From Octopus vulgaris (Eukaryota), in the NCBI GenBank assembly GCA_951406725.2, contig OX597838.1:9300001-9364000 (forward strand): a DNA stretch of 64,000 nucleotides, read 5' to 3'. The translations under genes were made by a program, and so were the position numbers. Of the stretch, positions 13,774 to 27,045 are shown piece after piece (position 1 is the first letter of the stretch; each line of letters starts with the position of its first letter). A model generated the notes under the pieces. It worked only from the letters and a program-made list of their open reading frames with translations. It was not told where the DNA came from and did no database searches.

Positions 13774-14215
13774 TTGTGTGTGTGTGTTTGTGTGTGTGTG
13801 TGTTTGTGTGTGTGTGTTTGTGTGTGTGTGTGTTTGTGTGTGTTTGTGTATGTGTGTAGGTGTTTGCGTGTGTGTGTGTGTGTGCGTACGTGTGTGTGAG
13901 TGAGCGTGCATCTGTCAGCTTGCTGCTCTTGGTATATATGTAAGCATATGTTTGTATGGATTTATGAATGCACGTGATATATGTGTGTGCCTGTGCGTAT
14001 ACATATACATCGTGTATGTGAGAATGTGTGTAGATGGGTGCGTGCCTGTGTATTTGTGTGTGTCCGTGTGTCCGTGTGTGTGTGTGTGTGTGAGTATGGA
14101 GCTAGCCATCTTTGCATCCTACTTGACCTACATACATCCATCACTGAAAGATATGACGCTGTGAACTTAGAAAGAAAAATCTCTTTAAAGACATGTGTTA
14201 AAAACTCACTATATA

Positions 14216-14423
14216 TACGAGAGGGTGTTGAAAAGTTTCTGGCTTTAAGGGTATATCGGAAGGCCTAGTTTGAAGCCCAACCTTCTGAGTTCCTTTACAG
14301 GGCTTAGAAAAACTGAAGGACCACTGCAATAAGTGTGAGAATCTGAGAGGGGAATATGTTGTATAAAATCAAAATTAACTGATCCTCCTGTATTTTCTTT
14401 TACCCAAAGCCAGAAACTTTTCA
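14216..14423 (+). mobile_element. Mariner-derived MITE
   Basis: TACGAG..GGTGTTGAAAAGTTTCTGGCTTT and inverted AAAGCCAGAAACTTTTCAG. The interior reads GLEKLKDHCNKCENLRGEYVV*, a mariner transposase C-terminus. Confidence 0.75.
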
Positions 14424-14429
14424 GTTCCA

Positions 14430-14640
14430 TATTCGTAGATGATTGCCGTCTCCATGTACTTCCTCGTTGTCAAAGGCATTTCCGACTTTCCATCCGCGAT
14501 CTCTCAGATGACTATTCAGTCCCGTTGCAGATCTGAATGGTTTGTAGCTTACGTGACAGACAAAAAGTTGTAATTTACTGTGCGCCTCCAACTGGTTAAG
14601 GTCTTCATACGTCTTCACTCTTCTGGTCGCCATAGGACTT
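14430..14640 (-). mobile_element. Probable RTE-type LINE 3' end with decayed C2H2-like knuckle
   Basis: FVCHVSYKPFRSATGLNSHLR resembles the C-terminal F.C..C...F.S..GL.SH.R motif of some RTE ORFs. Confidence 0.4.
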
Positions 14641-14992
14641 TCTGCAGATGGGACGACAAACGGGTCACCATAAAAAGACACTCGTCTACCCCCGCATTAT
14701 TGTAACAAACGCTTGTACAACACGGTTACCCTTCTCTGAACTTCTGTGCTTACCCTGGGTAAGACATTAAACGGCATCCAGCTTTTGGACTCTTAGTTCG
14801 GGAGTTCTTGCGCTTTGTGAAGTGAGGAAGCTCTTCTACATCACTATTGTCCCGAGCTAGGTCTGCTCTGACCCAGAGTAGTAGCACCTGCCAGGGTCCC
14901 AGCTGCAGGTTAACTAGTATATGTGATGAGAATCCACCTGAGATGGGGACGCAGAAATACCATTGGTTGGTGTCAGGGTATGCAGTAAAGCC

Positions 14993-15432
14993 AGTGGGAG
15001 TGCAAGACCCAGAGACTGAGAGTGCGAGACCCCGAGACTGGGAGTGAGGAATTCCGAGACTGGGAGTGCGGGACATCATCGAGACTGAGAGTGCGGGACT
15101 CCGAAAGTGAGAGTGAGGAACTCCGAGACTGGGAGTGCGGGACTCCGAAACTGGGAGTGCGGAACTCCGAGACTGGGAGTGCGGGACTCCGAAACTGGGA
15201 GTGCGGAACTCCGAAACTGGGAGTGCGGGACTCCGAAACTGGGAGTGCGGAACTCCGAAACTGGGAGTGCGGAACTCCGAGACTGGGAGAGCGGGACTCC
15301 GAGACTGGGAGTGCGGGACTCCGAAACTGAGAGTGCGGGACTCCGAGACTGGGAGTGCGGGACTCCGAAACTGGGAGTGCGGAACTCCGAGACTGGGAGA
15401 GCGGGACTCCGAGACTGGGAGTACGGCACTCC
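14993..15432 (+). repeat. GC-rich 22-bp minisatellite, about 20 copies
   Basis: Unit ACTGGGAGTGCGG(G/A)ACTCCGA(G/A); degenerate at both edges. Confidence 0.95.
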
Positions 15433-15583
15433 TAGCTGTTGCTAGCGCATCATTCTAATAATGGGACACACTGATGTAAAACCTACGGTTTCGTGAGATT
15501 ACAGGTCATCTCGTTTCAGCCTATTACTTGGTGCTATATATACAGAGAGAGAGAGAGAGAGAGTAAGGGGGTGGAAAAAAAGA

Positions 15584-15642
<59 letters not shown>

Positions 15643-16271
15643 AACAAAGTAGGCAGAATCAACCAAAAAATACTCTCAGCCAAAGACTCCAGCATTCCTG
15701 CCGGATAGGCTCGGCTGCCAGGTCTTCCAGGGTCTGTAGATTTGGTCTGTAACCGACAATGCCTCTTCCCTCTCACACACTGTAATGCCAGACTAGGGAT
15801 TACTGAAAATTATCCATTGATGTTAGATCGAAATTTCCCGTCGATGCCAACAGTTTTCCCGAGAACGCAATCGTTTTTCTCCACCATGTCTCCTACTGAA
15901 TGCCAATGGGGGAAGTTCCGCTTTCTACTTTGCGAGATAATTAGGGAAATGTGAGCGTTTGATAGCAATCCCGATGCCAAGCGCATGGGTTTGGCCTTCG
16001 TTTGGTTTTATTTCCCTTCCCTTTGTTCGGTCAAGGAAACTGTCAAGGAAACGAGTTATGGAAAGACTCGCCTGTCATTAAGAGACGACCAAATCTGTTC
16101 ACCATACAGAAATGTCTGTAGACACCGAAGCCCCCCCCCCCCCTCTGCACCATTGCACGTTAGCAGCCACAACATACAGAATCCTCGGTAGTGCAAACCA
16201 TATTGACAGATAATGAATGAAGCACCTGATAAATACACAGAGATAGAGACACAGACGGACAGATAGATAGA

Positions 16272-16310
<39 letters not shown>

Positions 16311-16400
16311 TGTATGTGCGTATATATATATATGTATATGTACATATATATATATATATAAATAAATATATATATATATATGTATATATATATGTATATA

Positions 16401-16466
<66 letters not shown>

Positions 16467-16498
16467 TATATACATATATATATTATATATATATATGT

Positions 16499-16533
<35 letters not shown>

Positions 16534-16577
16534 GTATATATATGTATGTATGCATGGATGTATATATATATATATTC

Positions 16578-16647
<70 letters not shown>

Positions 16648-17083
16648 ATCTGTGTCTGTGTTTATGTATGTATGTACGTATATATATATATACTCGACGA
16701 AGGAAGAGATAAGGAAGTAGATAAACAGAACAGTCCAACTAGTGTTGTCGCAAATCCCACCCTAATATTTTTCTGTGTATTTATAAGTATATCTGTGACC
16801 CGACGAACGAGCATCGACTCACTCTACTTATCAGAAATAGCAGCCATTTTATCAAAATGCTCAAACAGCCGTCCTATGCCGGCATGTGTGTATTTGTGTG
16901 TGTATGCGCGCGTGTGTGTGTGTGTGCTTAGCGAGAAAGGAGTTGTTATAGAAATAGCAGCCAATTATCCCTCAGATGTCACCCTGCTGTCTCATTTACA
17001 AGCATCGACGTATATGTCACTGCACTGCTTCAGTACCCGACCGAGTATCAACGGGTACCTTTCCTACTGTATGTATATGTCGA

Positions 17084-17131
<48 letters not shown>

Positions 17132-17986
17132 TGTGTATGCATAGGCCTAGGTTTCTCTGTGTGGTAAGAAACTGGCTTCCCAACCACATGGTTCCGGGTT
17201 CAGTCCCATGGTGTGGCACCTTGGGCAAATGCCTTCTACAACAGCCTCGGGCCGACCAAAGCCTTATGAGTGGATTTGTTAGACGGAAACTGAAAGAACC
17301 CCGTCGTGTATATATGTGTGTGTGTGGGGGTGTATTTATGTCTGTGTGTGTGTCTTTATGTCTGTATTTGACTCCCCACCATCGCTTGACAACCGATATT
17401 GGTATGTTTATATCCTCGTAACTTAGCGGTCCGGCAAAAGTGATTGACAGAATAAATTAATTACTAGTTGTGTACTGGTGTCGATGTAATCGACTTAGCC
17501 ATCCTCTTAAAAATGCTGGCTTTGTGCCAGAATTTGAAATTAACCCCTTACTCTCTTAAAAGGAGAATGAAGACACTGGAAAGTTCCCTCAGCAAGCGTG
17601 AAATATTCTGAGTTACTTTCCCCTTTTCTTCAAATGAAGCCATATTATTTACAAATTGACACCATTTTTATTTCATAATTTTCACCACAAATTTCATCTT
17701 AGTTCATCCCATGTTTTAAATTCAAAGCATGAATAATGATTTACCCTCTTTCTCTAAAGTAAAATGCAATTTTATTGTCTAATGAAGAACAAAAAGTGAA
17801 CGTCTATAATCCTTAATACAAAATATATCTTATTTTGCCTTTGGCTTGTGTGTGTGTGTGTGTTTGTGTATGGATATATGTACATGTATATCTATGTGTG
17901 TGTGCCTTTGTGTCTGTGTTTGTATGGCCACTATCGCTTGAAAACCGTAGCATAGCAGTCCATCAAAATGTGACCATTATAATATC

Positions 17987-18128
17987 AAGGTCGACTTTGC
18001 CTTTCATCCTTTCGGGGTCGATAAATTAAGTACCAGTTGCGCACTGGGGTCGATGTAATCGACTTAATCCCTTTGTCTGTCCTTGTTTGTCCCCTCTATG
18101 TTTAGCTCCTTGTGGGCAATAAAGAAAT
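17987..18128 (+). mobile_element. 5'-truncated SINE family 1 (tail A) with TSD
   Basis: Core plus tail, flanked by TATAATATCA on both sides (about 17978 and 18130). Confidence 0.75.
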
Positions 18129-18989
18129 ATATAATATCACGTTTAGAAATAAAAAAAAAAAACTGAGTACTGGAGTTGATTTACTCTGCTGCATTGTTAA
18201 AGGAGATGCTCCAGCGTGGACGCGGTCTGATGACTGAAACAAGTAAAAAGATAGAACATAAAAGACACATATCCAAAACATACATGCAAAAATCAAGTAA
18301 GCACGATGAATACATAAATATGTTTTCACCGTAAGTGTAATTACGTTTCTGCAGATAAACGCACATCATAGAAAAGAAAAATAAGAAGAAAAAGAGAGAT
18401 CGCGTATTCATTTCATCAATATGACTCCAATAAAGCAGAGACACATTTTGCTTCTCATTTATATGCACCAGATATAGATCAGATATCTGAACAGAGATCT
18501 TTGTCAGCCTGAATTCATTTGTATACATTCGCGGCTGATATAAACGTAAAGCACGATATGTTGCAGTTGAATTTCAGGTATGTATGATATATGTCAGCTG
18601 CAGCTGCGATCTGATCTCGGCCAAAGGATTTTGTGAGTGAGGCGCAGTTGTGGTGTGGTAAGAAGTTTGCTTCCAGACCACATGCTTCCGGGTTCAGTCC
18701 CACTGTGTGGCACCTCCGGCAAGTATCTTGTACGATATTATTTGTTATTGTCTGAGATTTTGGTGCAATTTGAGAGGATAATACAAAAGTCATGGATGAT
18801 TTAGTGATTTACTGTAAAACCCATGGCGGCCAAAATGATCAGAACGGTTGCTTTTACTCCGTGTTTTAGTATATTGAACCGGCGAACTCTAATGTTTTGA
18901 ATTTGTTTACTTGACGGTTCGTTTACTAAACATTAGTAAGAATATCTGCAGTGTACTTTGTTTATATAATGCCACTTACTCCGTTACCA

Positions 18990-19517
18990 ATTCGTCAGCA
19001 GATTGGAGTACGGGATTCAAGCCTCTTCTCCTTATCTCCTCAAAGACATACAGCATCTCGAAAGAGTCCAGAAGCTGGCTACCCGCATGGTTCATGGTCT
19101 CAAAAATTTGTCCTATGAAGAAAGGCTGAGGACGCTCGACCTTTATTCTCTTGAAAAACGCCGCCGCCGTGGTGATCTCATTCTCGCCCACAACATCATA
19201 AGTGAAAAGTGTAACCTCTCGAAAGAGCTGTTCTTCACTCCTGCTCCAGAGCGTCGGCTGCGGGGTCATTCCGAAAAGCTCTACCTGCGACGATTTCATT
19301 TCAATCGAAGGAGAGGAGCTTTCTCCGTCCGGGTTGCGGATCCGTGGAACAAGCTGCCAGACGAGATGGTGAAGATGCCGACGACCGCTTTGTTCAAAGT
19401 CTCCCTTGACCTCAAGTGGCCTGAACTCTTTACATGAACACCACCCTGTACTTAACTCCATGTCCCCCTACATGGCCTTGCTATTTGCTTTTGAGCCAAA
19501 TTAACTAACTAACTAAG
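18990..19517 (+). mobile_element. CR1-clade LINE 3' end (ORF2 C-terminus 19003-19437, 3' UTR, (TAAC)n tail)
   Basis: LEY...LERVQKLATRMV.GLKNLSYEERLR.L.LYSLEKRR.RGDLI...FSVRV..PWNKLP is the standard CR1 post-RT signature. Tail TAACTAACTAACTAA. Confidence 0.9.
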
Positions 19518-20145
19518 CTTCGAAGGAAGGATATTTTAAGTATTGGGTCTATTGCAAAGATTGATAACAAGTCAAAAAGTGTTGTTCATTGTATTCTTTG
19601 AGAAAAACTCTTGGTTCATCTTCAGCGAGTTTTACTGACCCCAGGGCTAAAGAAATTATTCATCGCACCGATGTGTGCGATGACCGTTTTTAATGCCCCA
19701 GTAAATTTTAAAAGGTGATGGAAGTGAATAACCATTATTTAAATATATATATATTTCTTGATTACCCGCAAGGGGCTAAACAGAGAGGGGACAAACAAGG
19801 ACAAACGGATTAAGTCGATTACATCGACCCCAGTGCGTAACTGGTACTTAATTTATCGACCCCGAAAGGATGAAAGGCAAAGTCGACCTCGGAGGAATTT
19901 GAACTCAGAACGTAACGGCAGACGAAATACCTATTTCTTTATTACCCACAAGGGGCTAAACACAGAGGGGACAAACAATATATATATACCCATATATATA
20001 TGTATACACAGACAGACAGACAGACACACACACACATATAGGTCTCAAATTCGTTTCGAGGAAGGGGCAACTTCGTCGGAGTTCGAACACAGAACATGAC
20101 GAAATGACGCAAAATATTGTACCCGGTCTGCTAACGACTCTGTCA

Positions 20146-20215
<70 letters not shown>

Positions 20216-20217
<2 letters not shown>

Positions 20218-20451
20218 CTTTATTTTAAGCAGCAGAAAATTCAACAAAATCTGTTATTGAGTTTCTCGTTGCCGTTCATCAGACAGTTTTGCTAGATTTC
20301 TAGCAAAAACTGTCTGATGAACGGCAACGAGAAACTCAGAGTAACAGATTTTGTTGAATTTTCTGCTGCTTAAAATAAAGCATATTACTCTACCACTGGT
20401 ATTTGAGTACTCTTTTTTCCACCTTGTTTCACATTTATGTGTTTACTCCGG
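20216..20451 (+). mobile_element. Fold-back element in (TA)n carrying a canonical minimal hammerhead (20310-20347); probably Penelope-like pseudo-LTR
   Basis: Arms of about 80 bp around 20296-20299. CTGT-CTGATGA-acggcaacga-GAAA-CTCAGAG-TA-ACAG. Second copy at 33343-33490. Confidence 0.7.
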
Positions 20452-20496
<45 letters not shown>

Positions 20497-20595
20497 TTGT
20501 ATGTATGTATGTATGTATGTATATACATATGCTTGTGTATGTATACATACATATATATATACATATGCTTGTGTATGTATATATATATATATATA

Positions 20596-20981
20596 TCTCT
20601 CTCTATATAAACGGCAGTTTGTCTGTGCGTGTTTCTGTGTGTCTGTTTTCTTGTACCCTCACCCTGACCACGGCTTTCAACCGATTCTGATGAAACTTGA
20701 CACACACATAGCCCAATGTCATAATTCAAAACTAACGCAACGAAAATTTTGGAAAGTTCCCCCAGTTCTGAAAAAAATCGATAAATTCGACATGGGGTCG
20801 AGAATCAGAAACACAAACCGCAAACTGTCTAGGGGATGCAACTCCACCTTTTTTAACTAAAAAAAAAAAAATTTACCATCATTTTTTTCCATCTTTTTGG
20901 TATTTTCTGGCTATAACTCTCTAAAAATGCTTTATAGTTATTTCCCTTACAAACCTGAGCAACGCCGGGCGATACTGCTAG
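20596..20981 (+). mobile_element. Non-autonomous Helitron
   Basis: 5' TC, 3' hairpin CCTGAGCAACGCCGGG then CTAG, inserted between A and T within a TA tract. The 3' end is shared with 22281-22677. Confidence 0.8.
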
Positions 20982-21013
20982 TATATATATATATATATAC
21001 ACATATGCTTGTG

Positions 21014-21059
<46 letters not shown>

Positions 21060-21236
21060 CATATGCTTGTGAGAGTGTCCGTGTGCGTGTGCGCTTAATA
21101 GCTGTGAAGCTTCACAACGACGGTTAACACTCCCATTTGACCTGGGACATATAATGGTCGGTTGACAGGCAATTTCCGTCGATCAGTCGAGAATTGACGT
21201 CAAACGTTTCTGTGAGATATCTTTATCTACATCTAT

Positions 21237-21745
<509 letters not shown>

Positions 21746-22016
21746 CAGACAGGGATAGAAAAGGAGAGTGTCCTATTGGTTAGCGTGTTGCAATCACGAT
21801 CGTGATACCGTGGTTTCGATCCCAGCGCTGGGCTTCTTGCTCTTCAGCAAAACATTTCGCTTCATGTTGTTCTGTGAGATCACTTCGGCATTTATGTATA
21901 GGGAGCGAGCTTTTTTATATCACAAACACTCGACCCCTATAAATATATGAACAGTGCCGGTTCTTCAACAAGTAAACACGGAAACTGCATGTGTCGTTTG
22001 CCACAAGGGTTGTCCA

Positions 22017-22059
<43 letters not shown>

Positions 22060-22061
<2 letters not shown>

Positions 22062-22270
22062 TGTGACCGCGTGTGTACCGTTGGCGATTTTTTTCCCTCT
22101 GTCTTCCCTTCTCTGGATCCTTCCTTCTCCTTTGTTTCCGACGAAGAGCTCCGCTCGAAACGTTAAACCCTCCTTCTTCCCTTCTTTCCTGAGCGTCCAA
22201 TAATACTTTATTTGTTCCACGTCATCGCGTTGTTGTATTTTTTTGTGCTTTCTTGTTTGGATTAACTTTA
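22060..22270 (+). mobile_element. Short TA-terminated repeat (family B) with hammerhead-like motif at 22134-22168
   Basis: GTTT-CCGACGA-a-GAGC(tcc)GCTC-GAAA-CG-TT-AAAC. Homologues at 33530-33730 and 48677-48840. Confidence 0.65.
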
Positions 22271-22280
22271 TATATATATA

Positions 22281-22677
22281 CTAGCAGTATCGCCCGGCGT
22301 TGCTCGGGTTTGTAAGGGAAATAACTATATAAGCATTTTTAGAGAGTTATAGCCAAAAAATAGCAAAAAAATGCATTAAAAATGGAAAAAAATTATGGTA
22401 AATTTTTTTTTTAAATCGTTGACTCACCGTAGACATTTTTAGAGAGTTACTTCCCCTATATAATAAAGAAAAAATGCATTAAAATGGAAAAAAATGATGG
22501 TAATTTTTTTTTAAATCGTAGACTTATCGTAGTCGCGCGCTAATACCCAGAAGGGCTCGATATGAATCACGACTATAAGATACCCGGGTTTGGTTAAACT
22601 GCACCGCAAAATGTGGGAGTAGTTAGGAATCTAAATCGTAGGAGACAGACACACAACTTCACTTTTATATATAAAGA
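22281..22677 (-). mobile_element. Non-autonomous Helitron
   Basis: Minus strand begins TCTTTATATATAAAAG and ends CCCGAGCAACGCCGGGCGATACTGCTAG, at an A^T site. Confidence 0.8.
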
Positions 22678-22679
22678 TG

Positions 22680-23125
22680 ACGTGGTATCAAGACTAGTTC
22701 TGTAGCGAGCCAACAGATGGCAATCCACGGTTGCGCGCGCAGTGAGAGCTAGCGATGAACTTCATGAGGCAGTATGCCGAGTGACATTGCTGTGGTTACT
22801 TCGCAAGTTGTGAAATTTGTGTTTTCGTGATCATGTATATGCTGTGGTCTGTGATTTTGCCGTAGACAGGAAGAAAGAGCTAACGCGAAATTTTGCGTTA
22901 AACTTGGGAAGTCTGCTTACAGAGACATTGAGCATGTTTCGGAAATCTTACGTCGATGAGTCAATGTGTTGTACGTAATGCTTCGATTGGCATGGGTGCT
23001 TCAAAAGCGTAAGAACGCCCTGAAAGACGATGAACGATCTGGAAGACATGCCACCAGCATCACCTCCGGAAATGAGGTATTGCGCATCGTGAATTCATCC
23101 CCTAAGGCCAGACTCTCAATCGGCC
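22680..23125 (+). pseudogene. Internally deleted mariner transposon remnant
   Basis: Fragments RANAKFCVKLGKSA / TETLSMFRKSYVDESM / DDERSGRHATS and GIAHREFIPK, matching the mariner N-terminal HTH and part of the catalytic domain. Confidence 0.75.
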
Positions 23126-23633
23126 AGCAATTTCGAGGAGGCGGGTAGGTCGATTACATCGATCCATCGGTTCTTATTTCATCCACCCCGAAAAAATAAA
23201 AGGCAAAGTCAACCACCTCGAAATTTTGAACTCAAGACGTAAAGACGGACGAAATGCTGCTATGCATTTTGTCTGGTATGCTAGCGATTCTGCCAGCTTG
23301 CTACCTTATGAAAGATCATGAGTTTGACAGCAATGTTATCACCTGGACAACAGTGCATTTAAGCAAAAGCTCCACATGTGCCTATTATTGTGGCCTCTGC
23401 AAGGACGAGAACTCATCCCCGCCAAAACAACCGACACGTCAAACAAAAGACTTGCTTTACTTTGCAATTTAAAGTTTTTTTTTTTTCTAACCAAATTTCT
23501 AATTAAAAGTAAACACCCAAATAATCGGAAGTCAGGAGATTATAATTCCTTATGCAAAACAAACCAGAACTCAACACATCAACAAACAATTTTGAAAAAC
23601 ACCGGTTGCGAGAGGATAAACAAAAAGGTTATG

Positions 23634-23725
<92 letters not shown>

Positions 23726-24115
23726 TTATATATAAGAACATGCTTAAAATAGATCAAAATAAAAAAAATCTAAAATGTGAAAAACATAAACTGAAACTCT
23801 AAAGATAACTAATTTAATAAAAACGTTAATTCTAATTAATTTTTCATATTTTAAATTACTTATATTTTTGGCTAAACCCTCAAGCTCGTGTTTCTCTCAT
23901 TGCACCGTTTATTGAATGCAGAAGTCAGTTCTTCATAATTTTTTTTCTTTTAAATTATTTCTATTAATAACCCAAAATATATATAAATATCTGCTTTTAC
24001 TTAATGCAGGAAGAGTGAATGCCAAAAAAATATATGTTTGTTTTGCTCGAAAGTGGGTTAATTCTGCCAGAGTTAATTTTACCTGTTTTTACCGCCGACC
24101 AGCCAGGCTAAGCCC

Positions 24116-24146
<31 letters not shown>

Positions 24147-24393
24147 TGTATGTATGTATGTATGTATGTATGTATGTATGTATGTATGTATGTATGTATG
24201 TATGTATGTATGTATATACATGTGTGTGTGTGTGCTTGTGTTTTTGCTTTTTATGTCAAGTTATACATAATTTTACATCAAACTGAAGGATTACTTAATA
24301 TCTTAAATTGAGTACAAGCCTATTAAACTTTTACAAGATGTGGAGTGACAGTGACTTCGAAGTTTCGATCCTATAAACATGTATGCTTGTTTG

Positions 24394-24416
<23 letters not shown>

Positions 24417-24426
<10 letters not shown>

Positions 24427-24713
24427 TTAGAGACAAAACCACTATTATTCAAATCAAACAAAGAAAGACTTAATCCAATACATAAAAATTCTTATATAAA
24501 TTAAATATAATTAAGATTAATTAATCTTAATTAATCTTAATTATATTTAATTTATATAAAAATTTTTATGTATTGGATTAAGTCTTTCTTTGTTTGATTT
24601 GAATAATAGTGGTTTTGTCTCTAATTAATATTATATTATATTTTACTATAAAATTGGATTCAATCATAAATCTGATTTTTCCTGTAAATTTGGATTTATT
24701 CCCTAATATTTAT

Positions 24714-24720
<7 letters not shown>
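24417..24720. repeat. About 215-bp near-perfect palindrome plus 3' extension, flanked by (TA)n
   Basis: TATTAATTAGAGACAAAACCACTATTATTC...GAATAATAGTGGTTTTGTCTCTAATTAATA. Related one-armed copy at about 38560-38665. Confidence 0.85.
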
Positions 24721-24753
<33 letters not shown>

Positions 24754-24759
24754 CTAAGG

Positions 24760-25400
24760 ACACCCCAAAGGAATAAATTAATGAACACCCGATTCCAGTT
24801 ATCAATACGCACAATCTTGGGGTAGCCAACATTTTCACACCATAAAATCAAACCTATCAATACTTCTACAAAGCTCCAAAATGAAAAATCTGATTGTCAC
24901 AAACCCCTTACGAAACAGTAGACGCCAGCCAAAATATCTCAAAAATACCTCACAAGAGCAAAATTCACATCAGAGAATGAATCAGAATTCTCTATAAAAG
25001 AATATGGAGATAGCAAATGTGGAACGTGCAAAAACAACTTCAAATATTTAGTATGTAGTTCCCGTATAAAATTCAAGAGCAGATTCTCGTTCAAAGTAAA
25101 TGTAGATATGAACTGCAAACCGCAGAATCTCATACATACTGCATTACTTGCCCCAGCTGTAAGGAAAGTTACATTGGCGAAACAAACAATTCCCTCTGCC
25201 AGCATACAAGAATCCATAGACAACAGATCCGACAAGAGGAATTGCGCAAGATTCCACTGAGCACGCATCTAGAAATATGCGGTTAAGAGAAGTTCAAAAT
25301 ATTTCCCTTTTACAAATGTTCAAGAGATGACCCAAAGTTCCAAAAAGCAATGGAGCTACACTTCATCAAAAAAAATTCTCTTCAAACTTAAATGTTTGAA
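24760..25400 (+). pseudogene. Decayed Penelope-like element, GIY-YIG endonuclease region
   Basis: RRQPKYLK / YLTRAKF...KCGTCK...NCKPQNLI / YCITCPSCKESYIGET..SL...RIHRQQI, the PLE Zn-linker plus GIY-YIG pattern, with frameshifts. Confidence 0.8.
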
Positions 25401-26662
25401 AGAGAAGCAGAGGAACTACATTTTGTCAAAAAGATTGGAAAGCGAATATACTTGAACCCTCTTCCAAATGAAACAAACTAAACTATGAACATTACGTGCT
25501 TAGCTCATACAAAAGCTGCGCCCAGCGAATACGACTGGAAAGAAATAATGTAAATGAATGCTTCGATGAACGCTATATTACTGTCTAACAATATTCGCAA
25601 ACCATGTAAGGTGACATCAATGTATGTTAGATGGTTTTGGTGTCTGTCAAGAAAGCCTCTTCATGGTCATTTTACCACTTTATTATATTTGTAATAGTAA
25701 TGATAATGGATAAAGAGAAAACATTTATATCACACTGTTACTGTTGTTTCTGAATGTGGCTCCAATGTTAATAAAGTGATACTCATCTCTATAAATGATC
25801 AGATATCTATCATATAAAATCCGTTCTGTCTGTCTGTGTGTGTGTGTCTTCGAGAATCTCGGGCATCCTCCATCCGATTGCGTTCAAATTTGATATGTAG
25901 ACACCGGCGGTATCAGGAGTGTATAAGTCTTGGAAAAATTACAAAAATCTATTCCAGGTGAGAATGCAACCGATAAAGCCATGGGAACGTGCATTTGTAC
26001 GCGCAAGTACATCAGCTGTTGCGATCGATAATACGCGTACGCGAGAAAAATGCACGTGTAGTTGTTTTTGTACTGCTTAAAGGCACGTTTCTTTCCTGCC
26101 AAGCTTACTGTTTAAACCATGTTTGTGTTCGCCCAGTCAACAGCCTTATCATTACTGGTACTTTAAACTCTTCGGTTGCATATTTGTCTGAATAAAATCG
26201 TTTTTCTTTGGAATAGAAAAAAAATCTATTTTTATTTCTTCTTTTGCTGTTGTCTCAAATTTAGGTTAAATCAGTGTTTCTCAAAGGGGAGGCCTATGGG
26301 ACGGTCGGACAAGTTGTTTTGAGAAAATTTGGTTTAAATGTTTGACAACTCAGCACCGTCCATTGGACGGGGTAAGGGGGGCTTTTGCTCGTATATATAT
26401 ATGCATAACATTGGGATTTTGACAACAGTTGTTCTTATAGAACTTACTTACATAATATCCGAGAAAGAATACCAGAACCATTTTACCACTGTATCTAATG
26501 TAGCTACTTGGCAAAATAATTTGTGAAAAAGATCTCTTTTGAATTATCTTATCCAAGCAAGCAAGAAAAAGAAATCCTACAAAAGGATGAAAGATACTCA
26601 AAAATATATTTAAGTAGGCCTTGCTTTGTTAAATAGTTTATATCCTACAGAATACTGGAACT

Positions 26663-27045
26663 GGAAGCACTCCGTCGGTTACGACGACGAGGGTTCCGGT
26701 TGATCCGAATCAACGGAACAGCCTGCTCGTGAAATTAACGTGTAAGTGGCTGAGCACTCCACAGACACGTGTACCCTTAACGTAGTTCTCGGGGATATTC
26801 AGCGTGACACAGAGAGTGACAAGGCCGGTCCTTTGAAATACAGGTACAACAGAAACAGGAAGTAAGAGTGAGAGAAAGTTGTGGTGAAAGAGTACAGCAG
26901 GGATCACCACCATCCCTGCCGGAGCCTCGTGGAGCTTTAGGTGTTTTCGCTCAATAAACACTCACAACGCCCGGTCTGGGAATCGAAACCGCGATCCTAC
27001 GACCGCGAGTCCGCTGCTCTAACCACTGGGCCATTGCGCCTCCAC
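26663..27045 (-). mobile_element. SINE family 3 (tRNA-like head), full length
   Basis: Near-identical to 55095-55480(+): GGCGCAATGGCCCAGTGGTTAG...GGTTTCGATTCCC...CCGACGGAGTGCTTCC. 5' part also at 32394-32558. Confidence 0.85.

Noticed and set aside
14993-15432. CRISPR-like array of palindromic repeats
   Set aside because: The units are directly adjacent with no unique spacers, there are no cas genes, and the context is eukaryotic.
20687-20700. CTGATGA as a further hammerhead core (also near 170, 8972 and 18228)
   Set aside because: No stem II plus GAAA or closing stem I could be formed.
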